Assembly (NCBI GenBank): GCA_964373045.1
Contig: CAYJSI010000006.1
Location: forward strand, 878 to 64,877
DNA from: an uncultured bacterium
GTDB taxonomy: Bacteria > Omnitrophota > Omnitrophia > Omnitrophales > Aquincolibacteriaceae
DNA length: 64,000 nucleotides
Direction of reading: 5' to 3'
Shown in pieces: positions 37,453-49,535 of the stretch; the first letter of the stretch is position 1, and each line of letters starts with the position of its first letter. The notes below the pieces were generated by a model, which did no database searches, was not told where the DNA came from, and saw nothing but the letters and a program-made list of their open reading frames with translations. The position numbers and the translations under genes are program-made.

Positions 37453-38333
37453 CAAAAAAAATTGTACTGGGTAGTTTTGCTTTTGTGCTGATCTATGCCG
37501 GGTTTGTGAACTTTCAGGTTTTCTGGATGCGCCGTGACCTACAAAACAGGGGCCCCGAGAATATTTCTTCTGAGAATCCAGTTCATCACAAAGTTTATTC
37601 GTTTTCCTTTGCCAAGTATGCTTCTGACGGAGAAAAAGAGATCGAAATTGAAGGGGACTCAGCCAATATCCTGACCCAAACAGTTTTTCTTTCCAATGTC
37701 GTGGCCAAGGCCTACGCGGAAGAAACCCCGGTGACCATTACAGCAGATCAAGGGGATTACAATAAGGCCACCGGCAAGGTGCATCTCCAAAAAAATGTGG
37801 TGGCAACCACCGAAGACGGGACGCGTCTCCTAACCGAGGCGCTCGATATTCATCCGACCAATCGCGTGATGGAAACCGAGGTGCAGGCCGAGGTTAAAAA
37901 GGAAAATATCAATGTCGAGGGAGTGGGTGCGCGCGGAGACTCCAATTTAAAAAAAGTGGAATTTAAAAAAGAGGTTACGGTTGTCATTCAAGATCCCGAA
38001 AATCAGACGGGAGGGCAGACGGTGATCACCTGCGACGGACCGCTAACGATTGATTATGAGAAAAATATCGCGCATTTTAAGGATCACGTTATCGCAAAAG
38101 ATGCCCGCGGAAAACTGACGGGAGACACGATGGATGTCTACTACAACCGCGTGACACACCGTGTTTCTAAAATCGTGGCCCTTGGCAACGTGGTGATCGA
38201 AAACCCGGATGGGAATAAAACCTATAGTGACAACGTGATCTATCTGGCCGAAGAGGGAAGAGTCATTTTGGGGGGAGATGCCGAGGCCATTTATTTTGAA
38301 GGGGGAGGGCTTGATGAGGAGGTATGGATCTAA
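37449..38333 (+). CDS. LptC/LptA-like (OstA-N fold) LPS transport protein with an N-terminal membrane anchor
   Basis: A TM helix is followed by a beta-jellyroll-like region (ITADQGDYNKATGKVHLQKNVV...TGDTMDVYYN). Its position directly upstream of lptB fits this call. Confidence 0.5.
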   Translation: MTKKIVLGSFAFVLIYAGFVNFQVFWMRRDLQNRGPENISSENPVHHKVYSFSFAKYASDGEKEIEIEGDSANILTQTVFLSNVVAKAYAEETPVTITADQGDYNKATGKVHLQKNVVATTEDGTRLLTEALDIHPTNRVMETEVQAEVKKENINVEGVGARGDSNLKKVEFKKEVTVVIQDPENQTGGQTVITCDGPLTIDYEKNIAHFKDHVIAKDARGKLTGDTMDVYYNRVTHRVSKIVALGNVVIENPDGNKTYSDNVIYLAEEGRVILGGDAEAIYFEGGGLDEEVWI

Positions 38334-39058
38334 TGTACTTACTTGAAACGCGACAACTCACAAAAGCCTATAAAGGTCGTACGGTGGTCAATCAGGTGAG
38401 CATCAACATTGCACGCGGGGAAATCGTCGGCCTTCTTGGGCCCAACGGTGCGGGCAAGACAACGACCTTCTATATGGTGGTCGGTGTTATCCGGCCGGAG
38501 GAAGGAGAAATTTTCTTTCGCGGGGAAAATATTACGGGCCTTCCGATGTATCAGCGTTCCCGCCTTGGGATCGGCTATTTGTCCCAGGAGCCTTCCATTT
38601 TCCGCAAGCTTACCGTCGAGGAAAATGTGATGGCCATCCTGGAGACGCTCGACATTCCCCAAACGGAACGCGACAAACGGCTTACACGGCTCTTGGATGA
38701 ACTGGATATCGGTTACCTTGCGAAAAACAAGGCCTACACCCTTTCAGGCGGAGAACGCCGCCGGCTTGAGATTACGCGGGCGCTTGTGACCAATCCCTCC
38801 CTCATTCTTCTCGACGAACCTTTTAGCGGCGTGGATCCTATTGCTGTTTTTGAAGTGCAAAAGATTCTGCAAAAATTGAAGGCCCAGGGGCTCAGTATTC
38901 TTTTAACCGATCACAGCGTCCGTGAAACTTTGTCGATCACAGATCGTTCCTATCTTCTGTGTGAAGGCCGGGTGGAAGTCTCGGGCACCTCGAAGTTTCT
39001 GGCCTCAGACCCCAAGGCCCGAGAGCTTTATCTCGGAGAAAAATTCACACTCGCTTAA
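38324..39058 (+). CDS. lptB: LPS export ABC transporter ATP-binding protein
   Basis: Walker A GLLGPNGAGKTT, signature LSGGERRRLEI and Walker B LILLDEPFSGVD are present, in a ~240-aa protein. Confidence 0.85.
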   Translation: MDLMYLLETRQLTKAYKGRTVVNQVSINIARGEIVGLLGPNGAGKTTTFYMVVGVIRPEEGEIFFRGENITGLPMYQRSRLGIGYLSQEPSIFRKLTVEENVMAILETLDIPQTERDKRLTRLLDELDIGYLAKNKAYTLSGGERRRLEITRALVTNPSLILLDEPFSGVDPIAVFEVQKILQKLKAQGLSILLTDHSVRETLSITDRSYLLCEGRVEVSGTSKFLASDPKARELYLGEKFTLA

Positions 39059-39102
39059 GGTTAAAAGTCTGAGAGTCCAAGACTTAGCAGGAGGTTTAAG
39101 AA

Positions 39103-39456
39103 ATGGATATTCGTTATTCTGGGAAAAATTTGACCGTAACCGAGGGGATGAAAGAGCATCTTCAAGAAAAGCTTTTCAAGCTTGAAAAATATGCCCCCCG
39201 TCTTGTGGAGTCTCACGCTATCCTTAAGAAAGAGAAGTATTACTTCGAAGCCGAGGTGACCCTTTTGGCAAAAAATTTCAAGGCCTTTGGCGATGGCCAG
39301 AGCAAGGAGAATATTTTTACGGCGATTGATCAGGCGTACGCCCGTATCGAGAAGCAGCTGAAAAAATACGCAGAAAAAATTAAAGATCACCACAAAAAAA
39401 GTGTCACAAAAATAGAATTACCTGAACATGAACCCAAGGATCGGGAGGTTGAGTGA
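39103..39456 (+). CDS. hpf: Ribosome hibernation promoting factor (HPF/RaiA, sigma-54 modulation protein family)
   Basis: A ~117-aa protein with the S30AE fold and a lysine-rich tail. It occupies the conserved position after lptB. Confidence 0.75.
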   Translation: MDIRYSGKNLTVTEGMKEHLQEKLFKLEKYAPRLVESHAILKKEKYYFEAEVTLLAKNFKAFGDGQSKENIFTAIDQAYARIEKQLKKYAEKIKDHHKKSVTKIELPEHEPKDREVE

Positions 39457-39457
39457 A

Positions 39458-39922
39458 ATGAAAATAACGGAATTTTTGGATAAACGCAGCATCAAAATCG
39501 GTCTTCAGGCCACTGAAAAAGAGGATATTCTAAAAGAGTTGGTGGTAGTCCTTGGGTCCGTGAAGGATATCGGCGATCAGAAAAGCATCGTGAAGTCCCT
39601 CATTGAACGTGAAAATTTGGGATCCACGGGTATCGGCCAGGGGATCGCGATTCCTCATGGGAAAACGGATCGCGTGGGCGAGCTTGTGGCCGTCCTCGGG
39701 ATCAGTCAAAGGGGAGTCAATTTTGAATCCCTCGACGGGGAGCTAGTTTATATCTTTTTCCTTTTGGTGGCGCCGAAGGAAACAGCCGGTCCTCACCTAA
39801 AGGCCCTGGCGCAGATCTCAAGGCTTCTGCGGGATTCCTATTTTTGCGAACTTCTGCGAAAGTCCAAGACGCCGGAAGAGGCTTACGAGCTTATCCGCCG
39901 CGAAGAAGACAAGAAACATTAA
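39458..39922 (+). CDS. ptsN: PTS EIIA(Ntr)-type nitrogen regulatory protein
   Basis: A PTS_EIIA_2 domain with the GIAIPHGK active-site His. A GGGAGG RBS precedes the ATG. Confidence 0.75.
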   Translation: MKITEFLDKRSIKIGLQATEKEDILKELVVVLGSVKDIGDQKSIVKSLIERENLGSTGIGQGIAIPHGKTDRVGELVAVLGISQRGVNFESLDGELVYIFFLLVAPKETAGPHLKALAQISRLLRDSYFCELLRKSKTPEEAYELIRREEDKKH

Positions 39923-39952
39923 ATGAAATGAAATTTTTCGAAGGGATGCGAC

Positions 39953-41212
39953 ATGCAATTTTTTAAATGGCTTTACCCGGGGATTGGAATTAAGCGGTGG
40001 ATCACCCTTTGCATTTTAGGTTTGGGGCTGATCTCGACCGTTGCCCTCTCGGCCGTGAAGACTATTTCTCAGTCGAGCGTGCTTCTCGCTTCTCTCGCGC
40101 TCGCCATTCTCATCTTTGGAATTTTTTTGGTCTACATGGCGATCAAAAACGTGGTCCGCATTTTCGTGCGGGCCGTCATGCCGCCCCACCAAGCGGATCC
40201 CTTAGTGGATCTTGTCTACCAGCGCCGTCAAACCGAGTCTTTGTCCCGCGGGCCCAGGGTGGTGGCCGTGGGAGGAGGGACGGGTTTGAGCGCCCTTCTC
40301 AGCGGAATCAAAATTTTTACGAGCAATATTACCGCCATTGTTACCGTGACCGACACAGGAGGAAGCTCCGGCCGGTTACGTGATGAGCAGGATATGCTTC
40401 CGCCTGGCGATATCCGGAACTGTTTGGTGGCCTTAGCCGATGCCGGTCCCTTGATTCGGGATCTATTCCAGTATCGATTTGAAGTGGGGGAGGGATTGAA
40501 AGGACACAGCTTCGGCAATTTGTTTATCACGGCCCTTTCAAAAGTCACGGGAGATTTTGAAAAAGCGGTGGCGGAATCGAGCAAGGTACTTGCGATCCGC
40601 GGGCGTGTCATTCCTTCCACGCTTGAGAAAGTGACTTTGGTTGGAGAATTTATGGATGGAACCGTACTCGAAGGGGAAACGAATATCACCGATGCCCAAA
40701 AACCACTTCGAAATATTCAACTGAAGCCTGATGACTGCCACGCCTGTCCCGAGGCCCTGGATGCCATCGAAGCAGCCGACCTCATTATCCTCGGCCCCGG
40801 AAGTCTCTACACCAGCATTCTTCCCAACCTTTTGATTCAGGAAATTCAAGAAGCCATTTTAAAATCCGATGCGCGCAAAGTGCTGATTATGAATGTCATG
40901 ACGCAGCCGGGAGAGACGGACGACTTTTCGGCTTGGGATCATCTACGCGTTTTGATTGAACACACCGACCCCCGCATTGTGGTTGCCTGTTTCGTGAATG
41001 TTGAGTCCATTCCCGCGACGATGCTCGAAAAATACCAGCAAAAGGGAGCCAAACCCGTTCCGCTCGATTTAGACGTGATCCGGCAGCGCGGCTATGAAGT
41101 GATCGAAGGAGAAATTTTGAAAATCGACGGTCAGGTGCGTCATGACCCCGAACGTCTTGCGCGGCTTGTTTTTGACTACTACTTTGAATTTGTCAAGATG
41201 GCAAGGGTCTAA
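39953..41212 (+). CDS. YvcK/CofD-like (UPF0052, gluconeogenesis factor family) protein with an N-terminal membrane extension
   Basis: VVAVGGGTGLSALLSGIK...TVTDTGGSSGRLR...GDIRNCLVALA matches YvcK/CofD signatures. The first ~70 aa form two TM helices. Confidence 0.7.
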   Translation: MQFFKWLYPGIGIKRWITLCILGLGLISTVALSAVKTISQSSVLLASLALAILIFGIFLVYMAIKNVVRIFVRAVMPPHQADPLVDLVYQRRQTESLSRGPRVVAVGGGTGLSALLSGIKIFTSNITAIVTVTDTGGSSGRLRDEQDMLPPGDIRNCLVALADAGPLIRDLFQYRFEVGEGLKGHSFGNLFITALSKVTGDFEKAVAESSKVLAIRGRVIPSTLEKVTLVGEFMDGTVLEGETNITDAQKPLRNIQLKPDDCHACPEALDAIEAADLIILGPGSLYTSILPNLLIQEIQEAILKSDARKVLIMNVMTQPGETDDFSAWDHLRVLIEHTDPRIVVACFVNVESIPATMLEKYQQKGAKPVPLDLDVIRQRGYEVIEGEILKIDGQVRHDPERLARLVFDYYFEFVKMARV

Positions 41213-41219
41213 AAAGGTC

Positions 41220-41507
41220 ATGGCAGAACCCCCCCCCGTTAAATCATTAGAAAAAAAGTTTATCATCAAAAATAAACTTGGGCTTCATGCCCGCCCGGCC
41301 GCTCTTTTTGTGCAGACCGCAAACCGTTTCAAGGCGGACGTGGAGGTTTTAAAGGGGCGTCAAAAGGTAAACGGTAAATCGATCATGGGGATCATGACTC
41401 TCGCCGCAGGGATCGGTACCGCCATTACGGTTCGGATAACGGGTGAGGATGCATCGCATGCCATGGCTGAAATTTCGAGATTGATCAAGAGCAATTTCGG
41501 TGAATAG
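41220..41507 (+). CDS. ptsH: Phosphocarrier protein HPr/NPr
   Basis: The active-site His lies in KLGLHARPAA, and KSIMGIMTL is present. The gene begins with a C9 tract encoding Pro-Pro-Pro. Confidence 0.75.
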   Translation: MAEPPPVKSLEKKFIIKNKLGLHARPAALFVQTANRFKADVEVLKGRQKVNGKSIMGIMTLAAGIGTAITVRITGEDASHAMAEISRLIKSNFGE

Positions 41508-41512
41508 AAAAA

Positions 41513-43258
41513 ATGGAAACGCTTAAGGGAATCCCTGTCTCGCCTGGTGTCGTGATTGGTGAGGTTTATGTCCTGCACAGCGAGGAGTCTTTCAATGTTG
41601 TCGCCCGTTCGGTGGCTGTGGAAGATGTATCCAAAGAAATCGCCCGTTTTGAAGATGCGCTCACCCGCACCCGTGCCGAAATTTTAGGCATTCGGAAAAA
41701 AATTTCCCACAATATCGGACGCGAAAGCTCCGACATCTTTAATGCCCACCTCATGATCCTTGAGGACCGCACCCTGATCGAGGATGTGATTGCCATCATC
41801 AAGGAAAAGAAGGAGAACTGTGAGCATGCCTTTGCCACTGTTATCCAGCGCTACTTTTCCGCCTTTTCTCAAATTGACGACGAATACTTAAGGGAACGGA
41901 TTTCCGATATTAAAGATATCGGGAAAAGGCTCCTTAAGAATTTATATGGAAAGGAAGTGGAGTCCGAAAAGCTCGATCGAAGCGCCATCATCATTGCTCA
42001 CGACCTCTCGCCCTCGGACACCGCGACCTTTGATAAGGAAAAGGTTCTCGCCTTTGTCACAGAAATCGGAGGACCGACCTCCCATACAGCCATTCTTGGC
42101 CGCTCCATGGAGATCCCGGCGGTGGTCGGAATGGACCACGTGACCTCGAAGGTTCAAACGGGGGACTTGGTCATTGTGGACGGGACTCACGGTTTACTCA
42201 TCGTCCATCCGGATTCGGCAACGGTTGAGGAATACCGCCAAAAGGGAATACGTTTCACCCAATTTGCCACCGAACTCGATAAGTTGCGCCACCTTCCGGC
42301 CCAAACCACCGATGGAAAGCGGATTACGCTTGCCGCCAATATTGAATTTCACGATGAAATCCCCTCGGTCTTATCCCACGGGGCCGAAGGAATCGGTCTT
42401 TACCGCACGGAATACTTTTATATGAATCGGATAGACCTTCCGACGGAAGAGGAACAGTACCGCGCTTATAAACAAGTGGCCGAAAAAATGGTGACTCATC
42501 CCGTCATCATTCGAACCCTTGATTTAGGCGGCGATAAGTTTGTTTCCTCACTTGAGGTTCCGCATGAAATGAATCCCTTTTTGGGCTGGCGCGCCATCCG
42601 TTTTTGCCTTACGCGCGTTGACATTTTCAAGGTTCAGCTTCGTGCCATCCTGAGGGCGAGTGCGCACGGGCACCTCAAGGTGATGTACCCCATGATCTCA
42701 AGCGTGAACGAACTCATCCAAGCCAATCAAATTCTCGAGGAGTGCCGTAACGAGCTCAAAAAAGAAGGTTACCCTTTTGATACCAAAATGGAAGTTGGAG
42801 CCATGATCGAAATTCCCTCTGCAGCGATCACGAGCGACATCCTTGCCCAAGAAGTGGATTTCTTTTCTATCGGAACCAATGACCTGATTCAATACGCACT
42901 GGCCATTGACCGCGTGAATGAAAAAATCGCTTATCTTTATGAACCCACTCATCCCGCCATTTTGAAGCTGATCCGGCAAGTGGTTGAAAATGGACATAAA
43001 CACAAACGCTGGGTCGGGAGCTGCGGCGAGATGTCGGGAGATCCCGCGATCGCCATTCTGCTCGTCGGTCTTGAGATTGACGAAATCAGCACAAGCCCGA
43101 TCGTCCTCCCTAAAGTCAAAAAAGCAATTCGTTCGGTGAGTTTTAAAAAGGCCCGTGAAATCGCCCACAGGGCCCTTGAGTTTCGGACCGGGATCGAGGT
43201 GCGCCAATACATTGATAAAGAACTGGGCCGTGTCGCGAAAGAACTCATCGAAGATTAA
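41513..43258 (+). CDS. ptsI: Phosphoenolpyruvate-protein phosphotransferase (PTS enzyme I; no GAF domain)
   Basis: The phospho-His domain carries GGPTSHTAILGRSM. The PEP-utilizing TIM barrel carries GSCGEM. Confidence 0.85.
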   Translation: METLKGIPVSPGVVIGEVYVLHSEESFNVVARSVAVEDVSKEIARFEDALTRTRAEILGIRKKISHNIGRESSDIFNAHLMILEDRTLIEDVIAIIKEKKENCEHAFATVIQRYFSAFSQIDDEYLRERISDIKDIGKRLLKNLYGKEVESEKLDRSAIIIAHDLSPSDTATFDKEKVLAFVTEIGGPTSHTAILGRSMEIPAVVGMDHVTSKVQTGDLVIVDGTHGLLIVHPDSATVEEYRQKGIRFTQFATELDKLRHLPAQTTDGKRITLAANIEFHDEIPSVLSHGAEGIGLYRTEYFYMNRIDLPTEEEQYRAYKQVAEKMVTHPVIIRTLDLGGDKFVSSLEVPHEMNPFLGWRAIRFCLTRVDIFKVQLRAILRASAHGHLKVMYPMISSVNELIQANQILEECRNELKKEGYPFDTKMEVGAMIEIPSAAITSDILAQEVDFFSIGTNDLIQYALAIDRVNEKIAYLYEPTHPAILKLIRQVVENGHKHKRWVGSCGEMSGDPAIAILLVGLEIDEISTSPIVLPKVKKAIRSVSFKKAREIAHRALEFRTGIEVRQYIDKELGRVAKELIED

Positions 43259-43265
43259 TACCTTC

Positions 43266-44246
43266 ATGAAAGACTACTTGCTTAGCTTGGACCGTCAGAT
43301 CGAAGCCGGCCTTATGCTCGGTCGCGCCTTCAACCCTCCTTCCTCTTGGGAACCTGTTTCCAAGGTGATCTTCTTTGGCATGGGAGGTTCCGCCGCAAGC
43401 GGAGAAATCCTACGGGCCCTTTTTTCCTCCCATGCCGCTCCTCCTTTTTTAGTAGAGCGCTCCGAACGCGTACCTTCCTGGGTGGACGCAAAGACCTTGG
43501 CCATTTTTTCAAGTTACTCGGGCAATACCCAAGAGGTCCTTTGTGCCCTTCAAAAATCGCTGACGAAACATCCATATGTTCTTGTCGTGAGCTCTGGGGG
43601 GAAACTTATTGAGGAAGCCCGCCGAAGAAAGTTAAATTTTATCCAGATCCCCGCCGGATTGCCCCCAAGGTGCGCCATCGGTTATCTCACCTTTGCGCTT
43701 TTACCCGCTTTTCAAAAAAAGAAATGGCTTCAATTTTCAGGCTCCGATATTCGTGAAACGCTGAAAGTCGTCCGGGAGGCCGCAAAAGGCGTAACCCCCG
43801 CCCTGATCTCAACCCTTCAGGGCCGCGCCATCCATCTTTATGCCTTTCCCGGCTTAGGAGAAGCTGCCGCGCTGAGGTGGCGCACACAGCTTTCGGAAAA
43901 TTCAAAGACCTTAGCTTCGATAGGCCTCCTGCCGGAGATGTTTCATAATGACGTTGAGGGGTGGCGTTTTCCTAAACCGTTGATTCAGGCCTCAACCGCT
44001 CTGTTTCTGACAGACGCGAGCGATCCCGCCTCAGAGCAAAAAAAATTGGCAAGGGCCATGCGACTGATACGAAAATCGGGGGCGAAGGTGGTGGAAGTCA
44101 AATCTCGGGGGAAATCTCCTCTGGCGAGAATTTTCTCACTCGTTGCGCTGGGAGATTGGGCGAGCTACGAACTGGCCCTGCGTTATGGGGTGAATCCTGC
44201 CGCCATCCCTGCCATTGACGCCTTGAAGAAAGTGCCTTTGAAATGA
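43266..44246 (+). CDS. Bifunctional phosphoglucose/phosphomannose isomerase-family SIS protein
   Basis: A ~330-aa protein with double SIS domains and GMGGSAASGEI. The family call is from memory. Confidence 0.6.
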   Translation: MKDYLLSLDRQIEAGLMLGRAFNPPSSWEPVSKVIFFGMGGSAASGEILRALFSSHAAPPFLVERSERVPSWVDAKTLAIFSSYSGNTQEVLCALQKSLTKHPYVLVVSSGGKLIEEARRRKLNFIQIPAGLPPRCAIGYLTFALLPAFQKKKWLQFSGSDIRETLKVVREAAKGVTPALISTLQGRAIHLYAFPGLGEAAALRWRTQLSENSKTLASIGLLPEMFHNDVEGWRFPKPLIQASTALFLTDASDPASEQKKLARAMRLIRKSGAKVVEVKSRGKSPLARIFSLVALGDWASYELALRYGVNPAAIPAIDALKKVPLK

Positions 44247-45001
44247 AGGTAATTTTGCTCTGCGCCGGGTACGCCACCCGGCTTTACCCCCTCACCAAGG
44301 ATCACCCCAAGCCGCTTCTTCCGGTCGGGGGGCGCCCCATTCTTGCCTGGACCCTTGATCGACTGAAAGAGATCCAAGAAATCGAAGGCGTATATCTTGT
44401 GACGAACGAGCGCTTTACTCCCCACTTTGAAAAATGGGCGGCCGCTGTCCGATATCCTTGGGAAATCAAGGTGATCAATGATCAAACGACCTCGAATGAA
44501 AACCGTCTTGGCGCTATCGGGGATCTCCGCTATGTTTTAGCGAAAGAAAAAATGAGTGCCGAAGACCTGCTCGTCATTGCCGGCGACAATTTCTTTGATT
44601 CGAATCTCAAGGAGCTCCTTTCCTACGCAGTATCGAAACGGCCCTATCCTGTGGTGGCCGTTTATGATGTCAAAGAGCGCAGTCTTGCCCGTCACTACGG
44701 GATTGTTCAGTTCACGGAGAAGGAAGGAAGGGTCAAAAGGTTTTACGAGAAGCCTTCCGAGCCTCCTGCCACCACGGCGTCCTGCGGACTTTACTGGTTT
44801 CCTAAAGAAGCCAGCGTTTTTCTTGACAAGTATCTGGCAGATGGCCATAATCCTGACCAACCCGGCCATTATATGGGCTGGCTTGTGGACCATAACCGCT
44901 TGTACGCTGCCCCCCTCAAAGGCCGTTGGTTCGATATCGGTGACCCACAGTCGTATGAAAAAGCGAATTCGCTTTTTCCGGGAATTTCAAAGACATCCTG
45001 A
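44243..45001 (+). CDS. Sugar-1-phosphate nucleotidyltransferase (NTP_transferase family; heptose/mannose/glucose-1-P type)
   Basis: [31 protein letters not shown] is a canonical G.G.R nucleotidyltransferase motif. Confidence 0.65.
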   Translation: MKVILLCAGYATRLYPLTKDHPKPLLPVGGRPILAWTLDRLKEIQEIEGVYLVTNERFTPHFEKWAAAVRYPWEIKVINDQTTSNENRLGAIGDLRYVLAKEKMSAEDLLVIAGDNFFDSNLKELLSYAVSKRPYPVVAVYDVKERSLARHYGIVQFTEKEGRVKRFYEKPSEPPATTASCGLYWFPKEASVFLDKYLADGHNPDQPGHYMGWLVDHNRLYAAPLKGRWFDIGDPQSYEKANSLFPGISKTS

Positions 45002-45018
45002 AAGGAAATACAAAGACC

Positions 45019-47455
<2,437 letters not shown>

Positions 47456-47472
47456 ATCAGTAACTAGTTGAT

Positions 47473-47520
47473 AAAAGGGGACAGGCTGCTTTTCCAAAAA
47501 AGCAGCCTGTCCCCTTTTAT
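47473..47520. terminator. Bidirectional rho-independent terminator between ahcY (+) and the GNAT/nuo operon (-)
   Basis: AAAAGGGGACAGGCTGC-ttttccaaaaaa-GCAGCCTGTCCCCTTTTAT has a 13-bp GC-rich perfect stem, flanked by an A-run 5' and a T-run 3'. Confidence 0.65.
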
Positions 47521-47523
47521 CTT

Positions 47524-48102
47524 TTAGTCGGCGGCGTAGTGTTCTTGGGCGCGCAAGTCGTAGACGTAAATAAGCAGATCGTGGATTTCCCCGTTCACAT
47601 CCTTCACGTGCTGGGGAAGCGTAGCCAGTTTCACAAAACCCAACTTCTCAAAGATGGCAATCGGGTTTTTCTGCTCCGTCGTAAATTCTCCCTCGAGTTT
47701 CTGAAGTCCCGAATCGATCGCGACCTGAATAATTTCACCTACCAAAAGGGTCGCAAGGCCTTTTCCCCGATATTCGGGGTGGATTACAATGCGTACCGTT
47801 CCGATGTGGCTTTTCCAACCGCCCCTCATTTGATGGAGCGTGCAATCCCCGACAATCTTCCCGTTAATTTCTGCGATCAAAGGAAGGATCATCTCATAGT
47901 TTAAATTGGCAATCCAGTGGTGAATGACCCTCGGGTCTTTGACATTGTCTCGAAGATAAAGAAGGTCGTCGGTAGGAGTGGCCTTGAAAAATTCAACCAG
48001 GGCCTGCTCGTCGTTAGAAATGAGAGGGCGGACGATCACGCGCGTCCCGTCGTTTAACTTGGCTTGTTTGGGGTAACGTTCTTCTAAGACGAGCTCAAGC
48101 AT
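47524..48102 (-). CDS. GNAT-family N-acetyltransferase
   Basis: The acetyl-CoA site is HPEYRGKGLATLL (R/Q-x-x-G-x-G/A). Confidence 0.65.
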   Translation of the reverse strand: MLELVLEERYPKQAKLNDGTRVIVRPLISNDEQALVEFFKATPTDDLLYLRDNVKDPRVIHHWIANLNYEMILPLIAEINGKIVGDCTLHQMRGGWKSHIGTVRIVIHPEYRGKGLATLLVGEIIQVAIDSGLQKLEGEFTTEQKNPIAIFEKLGFVKLATLPQHVKDVNGEIHDLLIYVYDLRAQEHYAAD

Positions 48103-48110
48103 GAGTTATC

Positions 48111-49535
48111 TTAAAACAAAATGGCTTCTTTGACAAATGCTATCAAAGGAGAGGGAAAGAGGCCGAAGAGGACAACGCCGGCCAGCGTAAGCCCGAGTGC
48201 GATCGAAAGGGATGGAGAAGAAGGGACAGGTTCCTCAGTTGCGGCGGGGACAAGGTACATGAGGCGCACGACTTTGAAATAATAAAAGGCCGCAACCGCA
48301 CTGTTGAGGGCAGCGGCAATGGCGAGGACGTTAAAACCCCCTTCGATGGCGCTTGCGAATACGAAAAATTTTCCGAGAAATCCCGCTAAGGGCGGGATCC
48401 CCGCGAGAGAAAGAAGAAAAAGAGTCAGGCTTGCGGCTAACAGAGGAGATCGCCTGGAAAGACCGGCGTAGGAATTGATTTCGTCGTTTCCAAGGGCATT
48501 TGACACCGCAATGACGGTGATGAAGGCGCCCAAGTTGGTCAAGGCATAAGCGGTTAAATAAACTAAGATGCCGGTAAGGCCGGTGTCATTGTGCACCGCA
48601 AGCCCCATTAAAATGTACCCGGCCTGAGCAATGCTGGAATAGCCGAGAAGCCGCTTGATATTTGTTTGAGCGACGGCCACCACATTTCCCAGAGTCATGG
48701 TGAGAATGGAGAGGACGGTTAAAAGAAGCTGCCACTTCCAGTAAAGGGGAAGAAACATGCTGTCAAACACCCGGAGAAGCAGAGCAAATCCCAAGGCCTT
48801 TGGGCCGACCGTGAGAAAGGCCGTGACCGGAGTCGGGGCCGCCTCGTAAACATCGGGGGCCCACATATGGAAGGGGGCCATCGAGATTTTGAAACCAAGA
48901 CCTACCAAAACGAGCAGCATGGCCGTTACAAAAATAGGCCAGGAGGTTGACGCATTAACCGCCTTTTGGATTTCACTCAGTTCGATTGAACCGGCCATCC
49001 CGTAAAGAATCGACATGCCGTAAAGCATCACGCCCGAGGCCACGCTTCCAAAGAGAAGGTATTTGACCGCCGCCTCTTTGGCGCGCACGTCCTTCTTGAG
49101 AAATCCAACCAGCAGATAAGACAGGATAGAAACAAATTCGATGGAGATAAAAATCATAAGAAGATTAGTCGAGGAAGCCATGAGGATAAGGCCGAAGGCC
49201 ATCAAAAGAAAAAGGGCATAGTATTCTCCTTCATCCTGCCGAGGGAGCGGTTTGTAGGAAAAGGAAATAAGAATGGTGATGGCAATGACTCCCAGGGCAA
49301 AGAGACGAAAAAAATGGGTGAAGGGACTTAAGAGAAAAAAACCGAAAAAAAGAGGCTGAGAGGCCGTGGGTGAGCTCGTGATGGCGAGGGTCGCCGTTGC
49401 GGCAAGCGTTAAGAGACTGAGTACGCCCAGCGCCTTTTTGTGGAGGGTGAAAAAATTAGCAAGCAGCACCACCAAAGCGCCTATGAGGAGGAAGGATTCG
49501 GGAAGGAAAAACTTGAGGCTTTCGAGGGCATTCAC
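48111..49535 (-). CDS. nuoN: NADH-quinone oxidoreductase subunit N
   Basis: A polytopic antiporter-like subunit, last in the nuo order. Confidence 0.85.
   Translation of the reverse strand: MNALESLKFFLPESFLLIGALVVLLANFFTLHKKALGVLSLLTLAATATLAITSSPTASQPLFFGFFLLSPFTHFFRLFALGVIAITILISFSYKPLPRQDEGEYYALFLLMAFGLILMASSTNLLMIFISIEFVSILSYLLVGFLKKDVRAKEAAVKYLLFGSVASGVMLYGMSILYGMAGSIELSEIQKAVNASTSWPIFVTAMLLVLVGLGFKISMAPFHMWAPDVYEAAPTPVTAFLTVGPKALGFALLLRVFDSMFLPLYWKWQLLLTVLSILTMTLGNVVAVAQTNIKRLLGYSSIAQAGYILMGLAVHNDTGLTGILVYLTAYALTNLGAFITVIAVSNALGNDEINSYAGLSRRSPLLAASLTLFLLSLAGIPPLAGFLGKFFVFASAIEGGFNVLAIAAALNSAVAAFYYFKVVRLMYLVPAATEEPVPSSPSLSIALGLTLAGVVLFGLFPSPLIAFVKEAILF

Noticed and set aside
39061-39102. 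Short hairpin AAGTCT-gagagtcca-AGACTT between lptB and hpf as a terminator.
   Set aside because: It has only a 6-bp stem and no T-run. It overlaps the hpf RBS region, so it is at most a weak translational modulator. I did not report it as a feature.
39058-39103. Absence of rpoN between lptB and hpf interpreted as loss of sigma-54.
   Set aside because: Absence from the window is certain, but absence from the genome cannot be concluded from this window. It is kept only as a synteny observation.
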